This document shows positions 1 through 10,858 of a stretch of DNA of 64,000 nt, piece by piece. The stretch covers positions 61,840-125,839 of the forward strand of contig CAWCYJ010000025.1 of assembly GCA_963799725.1 (NCBI GenBank), in the 5' to 3' direction. A program made the position numbers and the translations under genes. The notes under the pieces are model-generated. The model did no database searches. It had not been told where the DNA came from and saw nothing but the letters and a program-made list of their open reading frames with translations. The DNA comes from an uncultured Pseudomonadota bacterium (GTDB taxonomy: Bacteria > Chloroflexota > UBA5177 > JAJPKF01). Position 1 is the first letter of the stretch; each line of letters opens with the position of its first letter.

Positions 1-19
1 TTGGATCCCCGCTGGAGGG

Positions 20-856
20 TTGAGATCGAGGCGGAGGCTTTTCGCGCCGAGCCGTGAATTTCACCTGGGCGCTAAACCACGTAAGTATCCGGCTCGAAGC
101 ACGGCGCGCTTAGCATTAGTTGTGACTGACGACGTGGAAACGTGGAATGAGGAGGCGTCCGACATCTTCGTCCGCTTCGGTGACTCCTTTGTCCCGTGGC
201 GAGGCGATATTGCCGATGCGATCCTGCGGCTACTTCCTGTTAGCGAAGCGGAACAATTCACGATCGTTGAGCTCGGAGTGGGAACAGGTTGGTTGACGGA
301 GGCCGTCGTATCGCACTTCACAGGAGCTCGCGCTCTTGCTCTGGACGGCTCACCACGGATGCTGCAGGAGACGGCTGGTCGTTTGAAAAAGTACCAGGAA
401 CGACTTGAGCTGAGACCTTTCCGTCTACAAGAATCTTCGTGGATTGATTCACTTCCGCTTCCGGTTCGAGCTTTCGTCAGCTGTCTAGCCGTTCATCACC
501 TCGACGGGAATGCTAAGCGCGACCTCTATAGGCGGCTGTTCGAAAGGCTGGAGCCGGGCGGAGCGTTGCTATTTGCGGACGTGATCGCTCCGGCATCTGC
601 ACAGGAGGCGCGGTATTACGAGTGGTGCTACGAGCGCGATGTACGCGAACATTCACTCGCCCGTACCGGGAGCCTGAGCGACTTTGAGAGCTTCCTCGAA
701 CTCGAATGGAATCTCTTCCGCTATCCCGACCCGGTCGACAAGCCTTCGATGCTGACGGAACATCTTGGTTGGCTTGATGAGGCAGGCTACGAAGGAGTCG
801 ATGTATTCTGGTCGCGATCTGGCCATGCCCTCTACGGGGGCTACAAACCTACATAG
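20..856 (+). CDS. class I SAM-dependent methyltransferase
   Basis: ORF of 278 aa with a glycine-rich SAM-binding motif (VELGVGTGWL) and an acidic loop (ALDGSP) typical of the Rossmann-fold MTase family. TTG start at the window edge, so the true start is uncertain. Confidence 0.55.
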   Translation: MRSRRRLFAPSREFHLGAKPRKYPARSTARLALVVTDDVETWNEEASDIFVRFGDSFVPWRGDIADAILRLLPVSEAEQFTIVELGVGTGWLTEAVVSHFTGARALALDGSPRMLQETAGRLKKYQERLELRPFRLQESSWIDSLPLPVRAFVSCLAVHHLDGNAKRDLYRRLFERLEPGGALLFADVIAPASAQEARYYEWCYERDVREHSLARTGSLSDFESFLELEWNLFRYPDPVDKPSMLTEHLGWLDEAGYEGVDVFWSRSGHALYGGYKPT

Positions 857-950
857 ACGATCAGACGCTCGCCAAGAGGCCCATCGCCGGAATGAATCGT
901 GCTCCTATGAGGGGCTGTAATGGACGCTCAGCCAGCGAACGGAGGTAACA

Positions 951-1715
951 ATGTGCTTTGATGATGACGCTCGACCACCCTTACCAGTCCTGGAAAACAC
1001 GGGAGCGACAGGAACCGAGATCGAACTCACGGCAGAGGATGGTGCGAAATTCCTGGGCTACCTCGCGGAGCCGGGTGATGAGGCGCTTTCCCAAGTTGTA
1101 ATCCTGCCGGATGTGAGAGGGCTCCATCAGTTCTACGTGGAGCTTGCCATGCGTTTCGCAGAGTCCGGGACTCGCGCGCTTGCGATTGACTATTTCGGCC
1201 GAACGGCAGAGAACAACGATAGAACTGAACCTTTCGACTTCATGTCCCATGTCCAGCAGATGACTCCCGAAACGTTCGGCTACGATCTACGGGCCGCAAT
1301 TGGCCGCATTCGTGAAGGAAATGAACGCGTACCCACCTTCACCGTAGGATTCTGCATGGGCGGTTCGCTTTCGTTCTGGGCCGGTACACAGGGGCACGAT
1401 CTCAATGGCGTTGCCGGCTTCTATGCCGGGCTCAGCCGGACGATGGGGGCCGTGACTCCGGTCCTTGACTGGGCTGACTCGATCCGGGGTCCAGTTCTCG
1501 GACTCTTTGGTGGCGCGGACCAAGGCATTCCGGTGGAGCAGGTGAATGAGCTTGAGAGTAAATTGGAGGCGGCTGCCGTGCCACACGAAATTGTCATCTA
1601 TCCGGATGCGCCGCACAGCTTCTTCGATCGCAGGGCCACGGAGTTTGCAGCGGCTTCGGCGGACGCATGGAACCGAGTGCAGGGCTTCATTCGGGGGGTT
1701 GAGGCACTTGTATGA
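951..1715 (+). CDS. dienelactone hydrolase family alpha/beta hydrolase
   Basis: ORF of 254 aa with a GFCMGG nucleophile-elbow motif (Cys nucleophile as in dienelactone hydrolase) and a C-terminal His (PHSF). Confidence 0.7.
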   Translation: MCFDDDARPPLPVLENTGATGTEIELTAEDGAKFLGYLAEPGDEALSQVVILPDVRGLHQFYVELAMRFAESGTRALAIDYFGRTAENNDRTEPFDFMSHVQQMTPETFGYDLRAAIGRIREGNERVPTFTVGFCMGGSLSFWAGTQGHDLNGVAGFYAGLSRTMGAVTPVLDWADSIRGPVLGLFGGADQGIPVEQVNELESKLEAAAVPHEIVIYPDAPHSFFDRRATEFAAASADAWNRVQGFIRGVEALV

Positions 1716-2112
1716 CGTGGTCTTCGTGCCAAAGCAGCGCTGATGGTGTCATCGCCGGTTCCCTGATGCGAGATGGTCCGACAGGGGCTATGTTCCGCAG
1801 GCCCGCCAGGCCCTCTCATTGGGCCTGTGGAGCTCCTGGAATGAATCAAAGCGGTTAGGCCCAGCCACAAAAGGAAGCCCGGGCTCATGGCGAAGGGCAG
1901 GCGTGTTGCGTTTCGTGCCGCACACACTTGCAAAGGTGCTACCGGTCCCCGCGCCGAGAGGCCAAACTCTTCCACGGACAGTGATGATCATCGGGCTCAG
2001 GCACGGCGGCTGCCGGCGGGGATAGCTGAGACATACAGATGCGCCAAAAGGGGCATTGACCGGAGCCGAGTAACGGACTACGTAACAAGGTAGAAATATC
2101 CCAAACCTGTGG

Positions 2113-4455
2113 ATGAGCCTTGGCTGCGGCACCAGGGCGAGGTACTCAATTGATCGGTTTTCGCCTTTGATCGCAAATGATGTTGTTCTTCCCGACGGGC
2201 GGACATCCGGATTGAATCCGATTCCCCCCTCGCGATCGCTCTACGCTGTCTGGCTCGGCTATGCAGCGCTTGCTCTCATGCTCGTGGTCAGCACGATCCT
2301 GTTCGCCCTCCGTATCGCTCCTCCTGGCTCATCTGCTGTGCCCTTCATCGTGCCGGGACTCGAGCTGGCGACGGGCGCCATTTGTCTGGCTGCTTCAAGG
2401 ATTGGCTACGGGGGTCGCATCGGGTTCATCGTGGGCATCGGGGTGGTGTCGTGGGCATTCGGCGATATCGGTCAGGCGCTGGTCTCGCTAGGCTTCCACG
2501 TAAGTCACCTGGTCGTGGAGTCATTCCACTTGTGGTTCTTCCCAGTCGTCATAGCGGCTAGCCTGGCCCTGTCGTGGCATGAGCTTCGTCGAGCCGGGAC
2601 TTCCGCTTGGATCAACGGCATAATGGCGGCTCTTGGAGCTGCCGCGGTAAGCGGCTTGGTCGCCTTTCAGTCACAGGTCACCCTCGGACCAAATCTAGAT
2701 GCAGACATGCATCTGGCACTGCTGGCGGCGGTTGTCACGACGGCTGCGGTCCTTGCGGGCGGTTTCGCCGCAACCTCGGGCCGGCAGACGGTCACCTCCG
2801 TTGTACTCGGCCTCGGTTCCGCCCTCACCGTCTGCGGATGGTTGGCTCACCGGTTTCCTCTTTCGATAAGCCAGTCCGGCCTCGGTGTCCACGTCCAGGC
2901 GGTGCTCGTTCCGGTGGGTATGATTGTGATGGCATGCTCTGGATCATTGCCGGCGACCCCGTGGGAAGTCCGTCATCGAATCGATGTGTCGTTGCCCAAC
3001 GTGGCCGCTGTGGCGGCTCTGTTGATTACCCTTATCGACATTCTTATCCCCCTGAACCGAGTCGCACGCATGCTGGCCATGTTGACCATCATCGTCGCGG
3101 CCGTCCGGATGTTTCGTCTGCTTCGGGAGACCCGCGCCATCAGCGATTTCCAACATGGTCAGGCCGCAACCGATGAGCTGACCGGTGTCTGGAACCGGCG
3201 CCACCTCTTCCGCGTGCTCGACGCCTACTTTGCTGGCCGGTCATCTGGAGTAGGAGACACGTCTTTCGCGATATTGTTTGTGGATATGGACCACTTCAAG
3301 GAAGTCAACGACTCGTTTGGCCACTCGGCGGGCGATCACCTCCTAAAACTCTTGGCGGCCCGAATGGCAGGCGTGCTTCGGGATCGCGACATCTTGGGCC
3401 GGCTCGGCGGAGACGAGTTTGCCGTTCTCCTGCCCGGTTGTGACCTGGAGGCAGCCACAACCGTTGCGCTACGGTTATCCACCTGCCTGGATCACCCCTT
3501 CCAACTCAACGGTGTCACTGCGAACGTCGGCGCTAGCATCGGCATTGCCATCGCCCCCGATAACGCTCAGGATTCTCAAAGTCTGCTTCAGTGCGCCGAC
3601 CTTGCCATGTACCGCGCGAAGACCGAGAAGACCCGCCTGGCCAGCTACGTAGCCGAGATCGACCTCGAACGTAACCGTATGCGGCTCGTCGAAGAGCTCC
3701 ACACCGCAATCGAGGAGGACGAGCTGGTTCTGTACTATCAGCCGCAGCTCGACCTCCGCAAGGGAACGATCGTCGGTGTTGAAGCACTCATTCGGTGGCG
3801 GCATCCGCGCTTGGGGCTTCTCGCCCCCAATGCCTTTCTGCCCATCGCGGAGGAAACCGGAGAGATACATGCCATCACGGACTGGGTTCTCGAGAGAGCA
3901 GTCTCGCAGTGTGCCGCGTGGCGTGCCAATGGCAACAATATTTCGGTTTCGGTTAATGTGCCTTCTTCCAGCCTCCTGCAAAGGGACCTCGTGTCGACCG
4001 TGAAGGACGTTCTCGACCGTCATGGGCTACCGGCAGCGTCTTTGGTGGTCGAGATCACGGAGAACTGGGTGATGTCCGATCTGGAGGTGGCCCGTCAATC
4101 CATGCTACGGTTGGCGCAAATGGGACTGGTTGTGTCCATCGACGACTTCGGGGCCGGCGTGACCTCTCTCGCCTATCTCACCAACCTGCCGGTCGGAGAG
4201 CTAAAGCTGGATCGGGCTTTCGTCGTCGGCCTCACGGCGGATGATGGTCACGAGCGTCACCTCATGCGGTCCACCATCGAGCTTGGTCACTCTGTCGGCC
4301 TGCGAATCGTGGCCGAGGGTGTTGAGGATGGCGCCACGCTGGACCTGCTGGCAGAACTGGGCTGCGACCTCGTTCAGGGGTACCATATTGGCAGGCCGAC
4401 GCCGCCGAACGAGCTGGCCCTCCAGCGAAACAAGATCTGGGGCCGAGCCGCCTAA
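2113..4455 (+). CDS. membrane-anchored diguanylate cyclase/phosphodiesterase (GGDEF-EAL)
   Basis: ORF of 780 aa. The N-terminal ~330 aa are polytopic hydrophobic. A GGDEF motif (RLGGDEFAVLL) is followed by an EAL domain (EALIRWRHP, DDFGAG). Confidence 0.85.
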   Translation: MSLGCGTRARYSIDRFSPLIANDVVLPDGRTSGLNPIPPSRSLYAVWLGYAALALMLVVSTILFALRIAPPGSSAVPFIVPGLELATGAICLAASRIGYGGRIGFIVGIGVVSWAFGDIGQALVSLGFHVSHLVVESFHLWFFPVVIAASLALSWHELRRAGTSAWINGIMAALGAAAVSGLVAFQSQVTLGPNLDADMHLALLAAVVTTAAVLAGGFAATSGRQTVTSVVLGLGSALTVCGWLAHRFPLSISQSGLGVHVQAVLVPVGMIVMACSGSLPATPWEVRHRIDVSLPNVAAVAALLITLIDILIPLNRVARMLAMLTIIVAAVRMFRLLRETRAISDFQHGQAATDELTGVWNRRHLFRVLDAYFAGRSSGVGDTSFAILFVDMDHFKEVNDSFGHSAGDHLLKLLAARMAGVLRDRDILGRLGGDEFAVLLPGCDLEAATTVALRLSTCLDHPFQLNGVTANVGASIGIAIAPDNAQDSQSLLQCADLAMYRAKTEKTRLASYVAEIDLERNRMRLVEELHTAIEEDELVLYYQPQLDLRKGTIVGVEALIRWRHPRLGLLAPNAFLPIAEETGEIHAITDWVLERAVSQCAAWRANGNNISVSVNVPSSSLLQRDLVSTVKDVLDRHGLPAASLVVEITENWVMSDLEVARQSMLRLAQMGLVVSIDDFGAGVTSLAYLTNLPVGELKLDRAFVVGLTADDGHERHLMRSTIELGHSVGLRIVAEGVEDGATLDLLAELGCDLVQGYHIGRPTPPNELALQRNKIWGRAA

Positions 4456-4665
4456 GGGCCAGGCTGAAGGTCGAAGGGCGGCGAGAGTCGAGGAAAGATT
4501 CCGTCACCTCACTTCGCCGCCGTCTGCTCCTGCGCTGTAAAAAGGTTCTCAGGGATTGGGCACCCGATGGCCTTTCAATTGGGAGTCTGCACCAACATCG
4601 ACTTCGACTGTTCAGGCGCGATTTGAGCTAAGAGAAACGATGCTCTTGGGGTAGTGTGAAGCGTT

Positions 4666-5968
4666 ATGCGCATTTCCGAGAGCATGGCTCGCGCCGTTCA
4701 CTTAGACGCGCAAGGGCTGATTCGAAGACCCCAAACTACACCTACTAAGTCGGACGTGCTCAAGGCCATCCGCAGAATGGGCGCGCTTCAAATCGACACC
4801 ATCAACGTTGTCGCACGAAGCCCGTACTTTGTGCTCTGGAGCCGGCTCGGGAGTTACGAGCCGACCTGGCTGAACGAGCTATTGGCCGCGGGAAGGATTT
4901 TCGAGTTCTGGTCGCACGCCGCTTGCTTCTTGCCGATTGAGGACTACGAGCTGTACCTTCCTTTCGCCCGGGAAGGATTTCCTCGTAGCCGAGCCTGGAT
5001 CGAGGCGAACCGCGAGGTTGCCTCGGAGGTGCTCGAGTTGGTGCGCCGCAAGAGACTTGTGCGCTCTTCGGACTTCAAGCGTGAAGGCAAGGCCAGCGGG
5101 TGGTGGTCGTGGAAGCCTGAGAAGGTAGCGCTTGAAAGCCTCTTTGCCACAGGTCAGCTGATGATCGCTCGTCGGGACGCGGGATTCCAGAGGGTTTATG
5201 CGCTTCCGGATCGGGTTCTGCGAGGCAAGCGATTTCAGGAAGTTTCGAGGGAAGCCGCGATTCGGGCTCTAACCGTGAAGGCGGTAAGGTGCCTTGGGAT
5301 TGCAAGAGCTTCCTGGGTTCCCGATTACTTTCGTCTCAAGAAGAGTGGCGTCGCGGCAATTCTGAAACAAGAGGTCGAGGCCGGGACCCTAATGAGCGTG
5401 GAGGTAGATGGTTGGGGCGAGCCAGGCGTACGCACACGTTGATGCCATCCGCTCTATCCGCTCGGCTGTTCGAGGGCGTCTCGTTCCAACCGCGACAACG
5501 CTACTCTCACCTTTTGATCCAGTTGTTTGGGACCGTTCCCGAGCCAAGCAGATGTTCGGGTTCCACTACCGCATCGAGGTTTACACGCCGGGACCGCAGA
5601 GACAGTTTGGCTACTTTACTCTTCCTATTCTTCATCGGGATCAGATCGTGGGCCGTCTGGACGCCAAGGCCCACAGGTCAGCCGGCTTGTTCGAGGTTCG
5701 AACAATTCATCTTGAAGACGGAGTGGCCGTGGATGGTGACCTTGTTGCGGGACTGGCACACGCCCTTGTCAGTTGCGCTCAGTGGCATGGGACACCGGAG
5801 ATTCAGATTCGTCCGTCTCATCCAGCCCGAGCTCGCTCAAGAGCTTGCCGCCTCCATCCGAGCGAATTCAGTCGTCGACCCAAATGGACCCAATTGAAGG
5901 CTCGACTCCCGCGCGTGGCCAGGATCAGTACCCGCGCCGTTCAGGATGCGAGCGGTCATATAGGATGA
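4666..5968 (+). pseudogene. YcaQ/AlkZ-family winged-helix DNA glycosylase (DUF1006), frameshifted
   Basis: The N-terminal 258 aa (ORF 4666-5442) and the C-terminal 186 aa (ORF 5408-5968) both match the YcaQ family but lie in different frames. A +1 shift falls in the 5408-5442 overlap. Confidence 0.6.
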
Positions 5969-5972
5969 CCTA

Positions 5973-6701
5973 ATGTCCCAAGAATCACTATTGGATCCGG
6001 TGCCTGAGGACTGGTCATCCGCCCTGGCGGTTGTCGCTCATCCAGACGACTTGGAGTATGGCAGCGGCAGTGCCATCGCTCGTTGGACGGGACAGGGCAA
6101 AAGTGTTGTCTATTTGCTTGTTACACGGGGAGAAGCCGGTATCGATGGCCTGAATCCCGAAAGGGTGGCAGAAATTCGAGTCGAGGAGGAGCGGAAAAGT
6201 GCACTGCGAGTGGGCGTCTCCACAGTTGAGTTCCTTGACCATAACGATGGAGTAATCGAGTACGGACTTCCGCTGCGCCGAGATATTGCTCGAGGCATCC
6301 GTCGATACCGTCCAGATGTCTTGATTTCCCTGAACCCACACCTTACCTGGGGTGGTTCTGCATGGAACTCTGCCGATCATCGGGCTGTGGGGACAGCCCT
6401 GGTAGATGCGGCCAGAGATGCCGGAAATCGATGGGTGTTTCCCGAGTTGTTGAGTGAAGGATTGGAGCCTTGGAACGAGACAAGGATGGTGCTCTTCTCG
6501 GGCTCGCCTAAGCCGACCCACGCGGTAGATGTAACGGATTCGCTTGCGAACGGCGTCGCCTCGCTTAAGGAGCATGAAGCCTACATAAGTGGGCTTGGGG
6601 AAGAGTTTGATCCTGATCGATTCCTACGAGAGGTAGCCAAACTGAACGGTCCGAGGCTCGGTTGCGAGCTGGCGACGACCTTCGAGCTGGTGCCTCTGTA
6701 G
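5973..6701 (+). CDS. PIG-L/LmbE family N-acetylglucosaminyl deacetylase
   Basis: ORF of 242 aa with the AHPDDLEYGSG zinc-binding signature of the LmbE/PIG-L family. Confidence 0.8.
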   Translation: MSQESLLDPVPEDWSSALAVVAHPDDLEYGSGSAIARWTGQGKSVVYLLVTRGEAGIDGLNPERVAEIRVEEERKSALRVGVSTVEFLDHNDGVIEYGLPLRRDIARGIRRYRPDVLISLNPHLTWGGSAWNSADHRAVGTALVDAARDAGNRWVFPELLSEGLEPWNETRMVLFSGSPKPTHAVDVTDSLANGVASLKEHEAYISGLGEEFDPDRFLREVAKLNGPRLGCELATTFELVPL

Positions 6702-6723
6702 CCTGCGACTTGTCGCAAGCGTT

Positions 6724-8682
6724 CTAGACAAACGTTCGGAACCAGTCGGCCATGTATCCGAGACGGGCGAATCTACGTGATGGCTTGCCCGCTCGCGACA
6801 GACCATGGCTCTCCTCCGGGAATCGAATAAACCTCACGCGGACTCCAAGCCTTTTCAGAGCCGAGAACCACTGCTCTCCCTGCTCTATAGGGCAGCGGTG
6901 ATCCTGCTCCTGATGGAGGATCAGCATTGGCGTCTTTACATTCGACACAAACTTCAAGGGGGACTGGTCCCAGAGTCTTTCAGGGGTCCGTTCCGGAGTG
7001 CCTCCAAGGCGCTCTTCTCGAAACGGTGCGAGATCACTGGTGCCGCCTTGACTGACCATGTTGCAAATCGATCGCTGAGTGCAGAGCGCCGCGAAGCGAT
7101 CTGTGTGGCCGGCGAGCCAGTTGATCATGAAGCCTCCGTAGCTCCCCCCGGCTGCGACCATCCGGTTCCTATCGACCCATGGTGTGGAAGCTACCTGATC
7201 GTGGAAGGCGACAATGTCCTGAAAGTCCAGGTTACCCCAGTCGCCGCGTATCGCCTCCTTGAATGCACGACCGTAGGAGGTACTGCCGCGAGGATTGCAA
7301 AAAGCCACGCCGAAACCTTGAGCCGTCCACCATTGAAGCTCGTGAAAGAACGTGTGTCCGTAAGCGCTCTCCGGGCCGCCATGGATGTACAGGAGAAGGG
7401 GATAGGTTTGGGAGGGCTCGAATTCACTTGGTTTTAAAAGCCAGCCTTCTACCTCTTGGCCATCGTTTGATGTCGCGACCACCCGTTGCGGCACGTGCAA
7501 CTCGACCTCAGCCAATAGAGGATCATTTTCGTGGCTGATTTGTTCTTCGCCGCTTCCTCTGTCGAGGAAAATCTCGGCAGGGTGAGAGAAATCGGCTTTG
7601 GAGTAGCAGATGTAACCGTTTTCGGCAATTGCGAAGGACGTGATGTCGTGGGCTCCTTCTGTGACCGGGCTGACGTCGCCATTACGGATTCGGTAGATGT
7701 TGGTTTTACCCCGGCTGCTTGAGACAAAGGAGATGCCGTGGGCATCCCAGGTGAGCGTCCGGCCAGAAAAGGCGCCCCAATCAGACACGAGTGAACGGCC
7801 CACGTCAAGATCGCAGCCATCCAGCAGATTCTTGGTCTCTCCTTCGGCATCGGTTAGCCAGATTTGATCGTAGTAGGTAGCAGGCTCGTTTTCCGGAAGG
7901 GGGTAGCCCACGTAGGCCAAGGCCCGACCGTCTGGGCTAAACGCCGGCTCCTCCCATTGCCCGGGCGAATGAGTGAAGCGTAGCGGAGTGCCTCCCGTCG
8001 CAGGTACGGTCCAGATGTCGGTTCCACGCTCAGTGTCCCAGTTAGGTCTTCGATTCGAGGCAAAGGCCAGCCGGCGGCCGTCGGGCGCCCAGCAGACCGA
8101 AGACTCGTTGAAGTCACCCTCTGTTATCTGCCTGCAGTCACGGCTCTCGACGTCTAGAACAAAGATATGCTGCCGGGTCGAATAGATGAATCCTCTTCCG
8201 TCGAATTTGAACATCGCCCGGTTGATGACCCGCGACAGCTCCGACTTGGTGTCGCCGCTCTCTGGCTGCTCCGATGAATCTGTAGGGTAGCTCGTGGGAG
8301 CGACAAAGGCGATCATCCTCGAATCGGGAGACCAGACCGGCTCGCCTGCACCCTTTTGGAGATGTGTGATTTGAACGGCTTCGCCGCCGGACGAGCGTAG
8401 AAGGTACAGCTGAGGTTCCCCCGATCGTGCGGAAAGAAAGGCCAGCATACTTCCATCGGGAGACCAACGAGGTGCGGAGTCCTTTCCTCCACGGGTGAAC
8501 TGCCGTGTATCCGTGCCGCTCCAGATGTAGATATTTGACTTATACCCGTCAATCGACTGATCTGCTTGTCTAACCGTGTAGGCAATTCGCGACCCATCCG
8601 GTGTAATTGCCACATCACCCACTACCTTCAATCGATAGAGGTCATCGCGGTCGAGAAGCCTAGTTCTTATCTGCTGAGTCAT
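6724..8682 (-). CDS. S9 family peptidase (prolyl oligopeptidase/acylaminoacyl peptidase type) with N-terminal beta-propeller
   Basis: ORF of 652 aa. WD/TolB-like repeats in the N-terminus. The C-terminal alpha/beta hydrolase has a GGSYGG nucleophile motif and a downstream Asp/His. Confidence 0.85.
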   Translation of the reverse strand: MTQQIRTRLLDRDDLYRLKVVGDVAITPDGSRIAYTVRQADQSIDGYKSNIYIWSGTDTRQFTRGGKDSAPRWSPDGSMLAFLSARSGEPQLYLLRSSGGEAVQITHLQKGAGEPVWSPDSRMIAFVAPTSYPTDSSEQPESGDTKSELSRVINRAMFKFDGRGFIYSTRQHIFVLDVESRDCRQITEGDFNESSVCWAPDGRRLAFASNRRPNWDTERGTDIWTVPATGGTPLRFTHSPGQWEEPAFSPDGRALAYVGYPLPENEPATYYDQIWLTDAEGETKNLLDGCDLDVGRSLVSDWGAFSGRTLTWDAHGISFVSSSRGKTNIYRIRNGDVSPVTEGAHDITSFAIAENGYICYSKADFSHPAEIFLDRGSGEEQISHENDPLLAEVELHVPQRVVATSNDGQEVEGWLLKPSEFEPSQTYPLLLYIHGGPESAYGHTFFHELQWWTAQGFGVAFCNPRGSTSYGRAFKEAIRGDWGNLDFQDIVAFHDQVASTPWVDRNRMVAAGGSYGGFMINWLAGHTDRFAALCTQRSICNMVSQGGTSDLAPFREERLGGTPERTPERLWDQSPLKFVSNVKTPMLILHQEQDHRCPIEQGEQWFSALKRLGVRVRFIRFPEESHGLSRAGKPSRRFARLGYMADWFRTFV

Positions 8683-8770
8683 TGGTCGTCCATTCTCAAA
8701 TGGGTCTTTGGCGAAAGCTGTTCCGCGGTTATGCGCGGTTGTTTGGACCCGATAGCCACCGGTTGACGCC

Positions 8771-9940
8771 CTAACTTGCTGTCATACCTGCAATTAGGAT
8801 CTCCGCTACCTCAGGCCTGGAGAACTCCGGCGGTGGTAGCTCACCGCGGCTCAGCATCTCTCGTACCTGCGTTCCGCTGAGCACAACGTGCGACTCCTTG
8901 CTGTGAGGACAGGTCTTCGCGGTCGCCATCCCTTCACAGCGCAGGCAGAAGAATGAGTGCTCAAAGAAGAGGGGAGTGATACCCAGCTCAGAAGGCTCGA
9001 ATTCCAAGAATATGTGCTGCGCGTCGTAGGTGCCGTAATAACTTCCAACTCCAGCGTGGTCCCGCCCGACAATGAAGTGCGTGCAGCCATAATTCTTCCG
9101 GATTAGAGCGTGAAAAATGGCCTCTCGAGGGCCTGCATACCGCATGGCGGCCGGGTTCACCGAAAGTAGCACTCGATTAGCGGGATAGTATGCTGCTAGC
9201 AACACCTCGTACGAGCGCATCCGTATGTCTGCCGGCACGTCGTCGCTCTTCGTTGCGCCCACAAGCGGGTGTAACAACAGCCCATCGACGATTTCCAGGG
9301 CTGTCTTTTGCAGGTACTCGTGAGCTCGATGAACGGGATTGCGGGTTTGGAAGCCGACGATTGTGGCCCAGCCTCGGTCCTCGAATGCCGCTCGCGTTTG
9401 CTTGGGAGTGAGACGGTGCTCCGGGAAATCCCTGTTCAACGGAGCCTGAAGGACATCAACCTTCCCCGAGACCACGGTTGGATTCTCGGCATAAAGCGCC
9501 GCTACGCCAGGGTGAGCAGATTCCGTCGTCCGATACACCAGCTCGGCTTCACGGGCTAGATCTCGATCAAAGACCGACTGCACGTGGAGGATCGCTATGA
9601 CCGTGTCATCCTGGATGAGCGCCAAGTCTTGACCGGGTCCCACTTCCGCTCTCAAAGGCAGCGTTATTGGTATTGACCATGGGAGGCCTGACGACAACCG
9701 CATCGATTCGATCACCGAGGTGTAGTCGTCTTGACCCATGAATCCCTCGAGCGGACTGTACGCGCCAATGGCGAGCATCTCAACGTCGGAGATTTCCCTC
9801 TCGTTAAGGACCTGCGAAGGCATGCTTTCAGCCGCCTGGGAAAGCTCCCGAACTTCATCATTTGGGACGAATCGGTCGATCAACGTACCACCGTGGGGAG
9901 TTGAGCCGAACGTTCGCTTGTTGCTGGTTATTGTGGTCAT
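8771..9940 (-). CDS. sat: sulfate adenylyltransferase (ATP sulfurylase)
   Basis: ORF of 389 aa with [11 protein letters not shown] and GRDHAG motifs. Confidence 0.9.
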   Translation of the reverse strand: MTTITSNKRTFGSTPHGGTLIDRFVPNDEVRELSQAAESMPSQVLNEREISDVEMLAIGAYSPLEGFMGQDDYTSVIESMRLSSGLPWSIPITLPLRAEVGPGQDLALIQDDTVIAILHVQSVFDRDLAREAELVYRTTESAHPGVAALYAENPTVVSGKVDVLQAPLNRDFPEHRLTPKQTRAAFEDRGWATIVGFQTRNPVHRAHEYLQKTALEIVDGLLLHPLVGATKSDDVPADIRMRSYEVLLAAYYPANRVLLSVNPAAMRYAGPREAIFHALIRKNYGCTHFIVGRDHAGVGSYYGTYDAQHIFLEFEPSELGITPLFFEHSFFCLRCEGMATAKTCPHSKESHVVLSGTQVREMLSRGELPPPEFSRPEVAEILIAGMTAS

Positions 9941-10125
9941 GGCGGTAGCAGCTCCTTACCTAGTAGTGATGCGGGGACAGCCTGCAGCGGACCCCCAAGC
10001 GAGGAATTCCGAATTGGGCGGGCAAGTCGGACGAGACCCACGTCCTAATCGTCACATTGTAGGCAACGGACATCTAATGCCGGTGCGGGGCAGCCCAAGA
10101 CGGGTACGGTCCAGCTGACGGTCGC

Positions 10126-10605
10126 TCACCACTCCTGGTAGCGCTGGTCCCCCGTGACTTCGGGATGTCTCCCAAATCTGATGCGAAGTACCTCCTCAAG
10201 GTCGAGGTGCCCCTTGGTCGTCTGTCCCTTTAAATCGCCAGAGGCCAAAGCCTGATTTCTCCCCTGGCTAGTCATCAGAAACGTCGTGGCTGGATGTAAG
10301 TACCTCAAGTTCTCGGACCGCAAGTAGCGACCGTAGCGCAGGATTCTCAAGGCCACAGATCGATTCTGTACTAAACTCCGGATTGCTTTCCGATCGTTAT
10401 CGAGCTCCGCACGAGCCAGCTGCACAAAGATGCGGTATGACTCTTGGCACATTGCCTGCCCGTTGGATGGAATCGTGGTCGTCCATCCGCAGGTTGGCCC
10501 TGTAGCGGTGGCCGGAAGGAGTGAGCAGGCAGATAGGAGGAGGATGGACGGAAACACTACGAGCAATAGGAGCCAATTCTTAACCATGGACCCCTCATTG
10601 TCCAT
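10126..10605 (-). CDS. hypothetical lipoprotein
   Basis: Signal peptide with a lipobox (LLLSAC). The likely start is the internal Met at 10587. No recognisable domain. Confidence 0.45.
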   Translation of the reverse strand: MDNEGSMVKNWLLLLVVFPSILLLSACSLLPATATGPTCGWTTTIPSNGQAMCQESYRIFVQLARAELDNDRKAIRSLVQNRSVALRILRYGRYLRSENLRYLHPATTFLMTSQGRNQALASGDLKGQTTKGHLDLEEVLRIRFGRHPEVTGDQRYQEW

Positions 10606-10858
10606 GCCTCCTGTTTCCGGTCAGAGATGGACTACGGTTGGCGATCTCGGCAAGCGCTTAGAGTGCTTATTGAGGAAGCACTGCGTCGGACCGGATGCTC
10701 TAGTGCTACTCAAGAGACCGTCTGGAAGGAACTGAGCTGATGGGAGAATGAAAAGAACAGCGGGTTTGACGAATTGGGTGCCGCGGTCGAGCCCAGTCGC
10801 CTCTTGTAGCGCAGCTTGATCATGCGCGAGTGCCATGTAAGGCACTAAATCTATTTGG

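Noticed and set aside
6805-7437. 210-aa plus-strand ORF antisense to the S9 peptidase gene (similar long antisense ORFs at 22906-23562, 26176-27033, 34660-35343, 43516-44130).
   Set aside because: High GC keeps antisense frames open. Composition is W/R/P-rich with no domain signatures, and the opposite strand carries clear conserved proteins.
8771-9940. Stand-alone sat as part of a sulfate-assimilation island.
   Set aside because: No cysC/cysH/cysD or transporter genes are adjacent. It looks like an isolated housekeeping gene.
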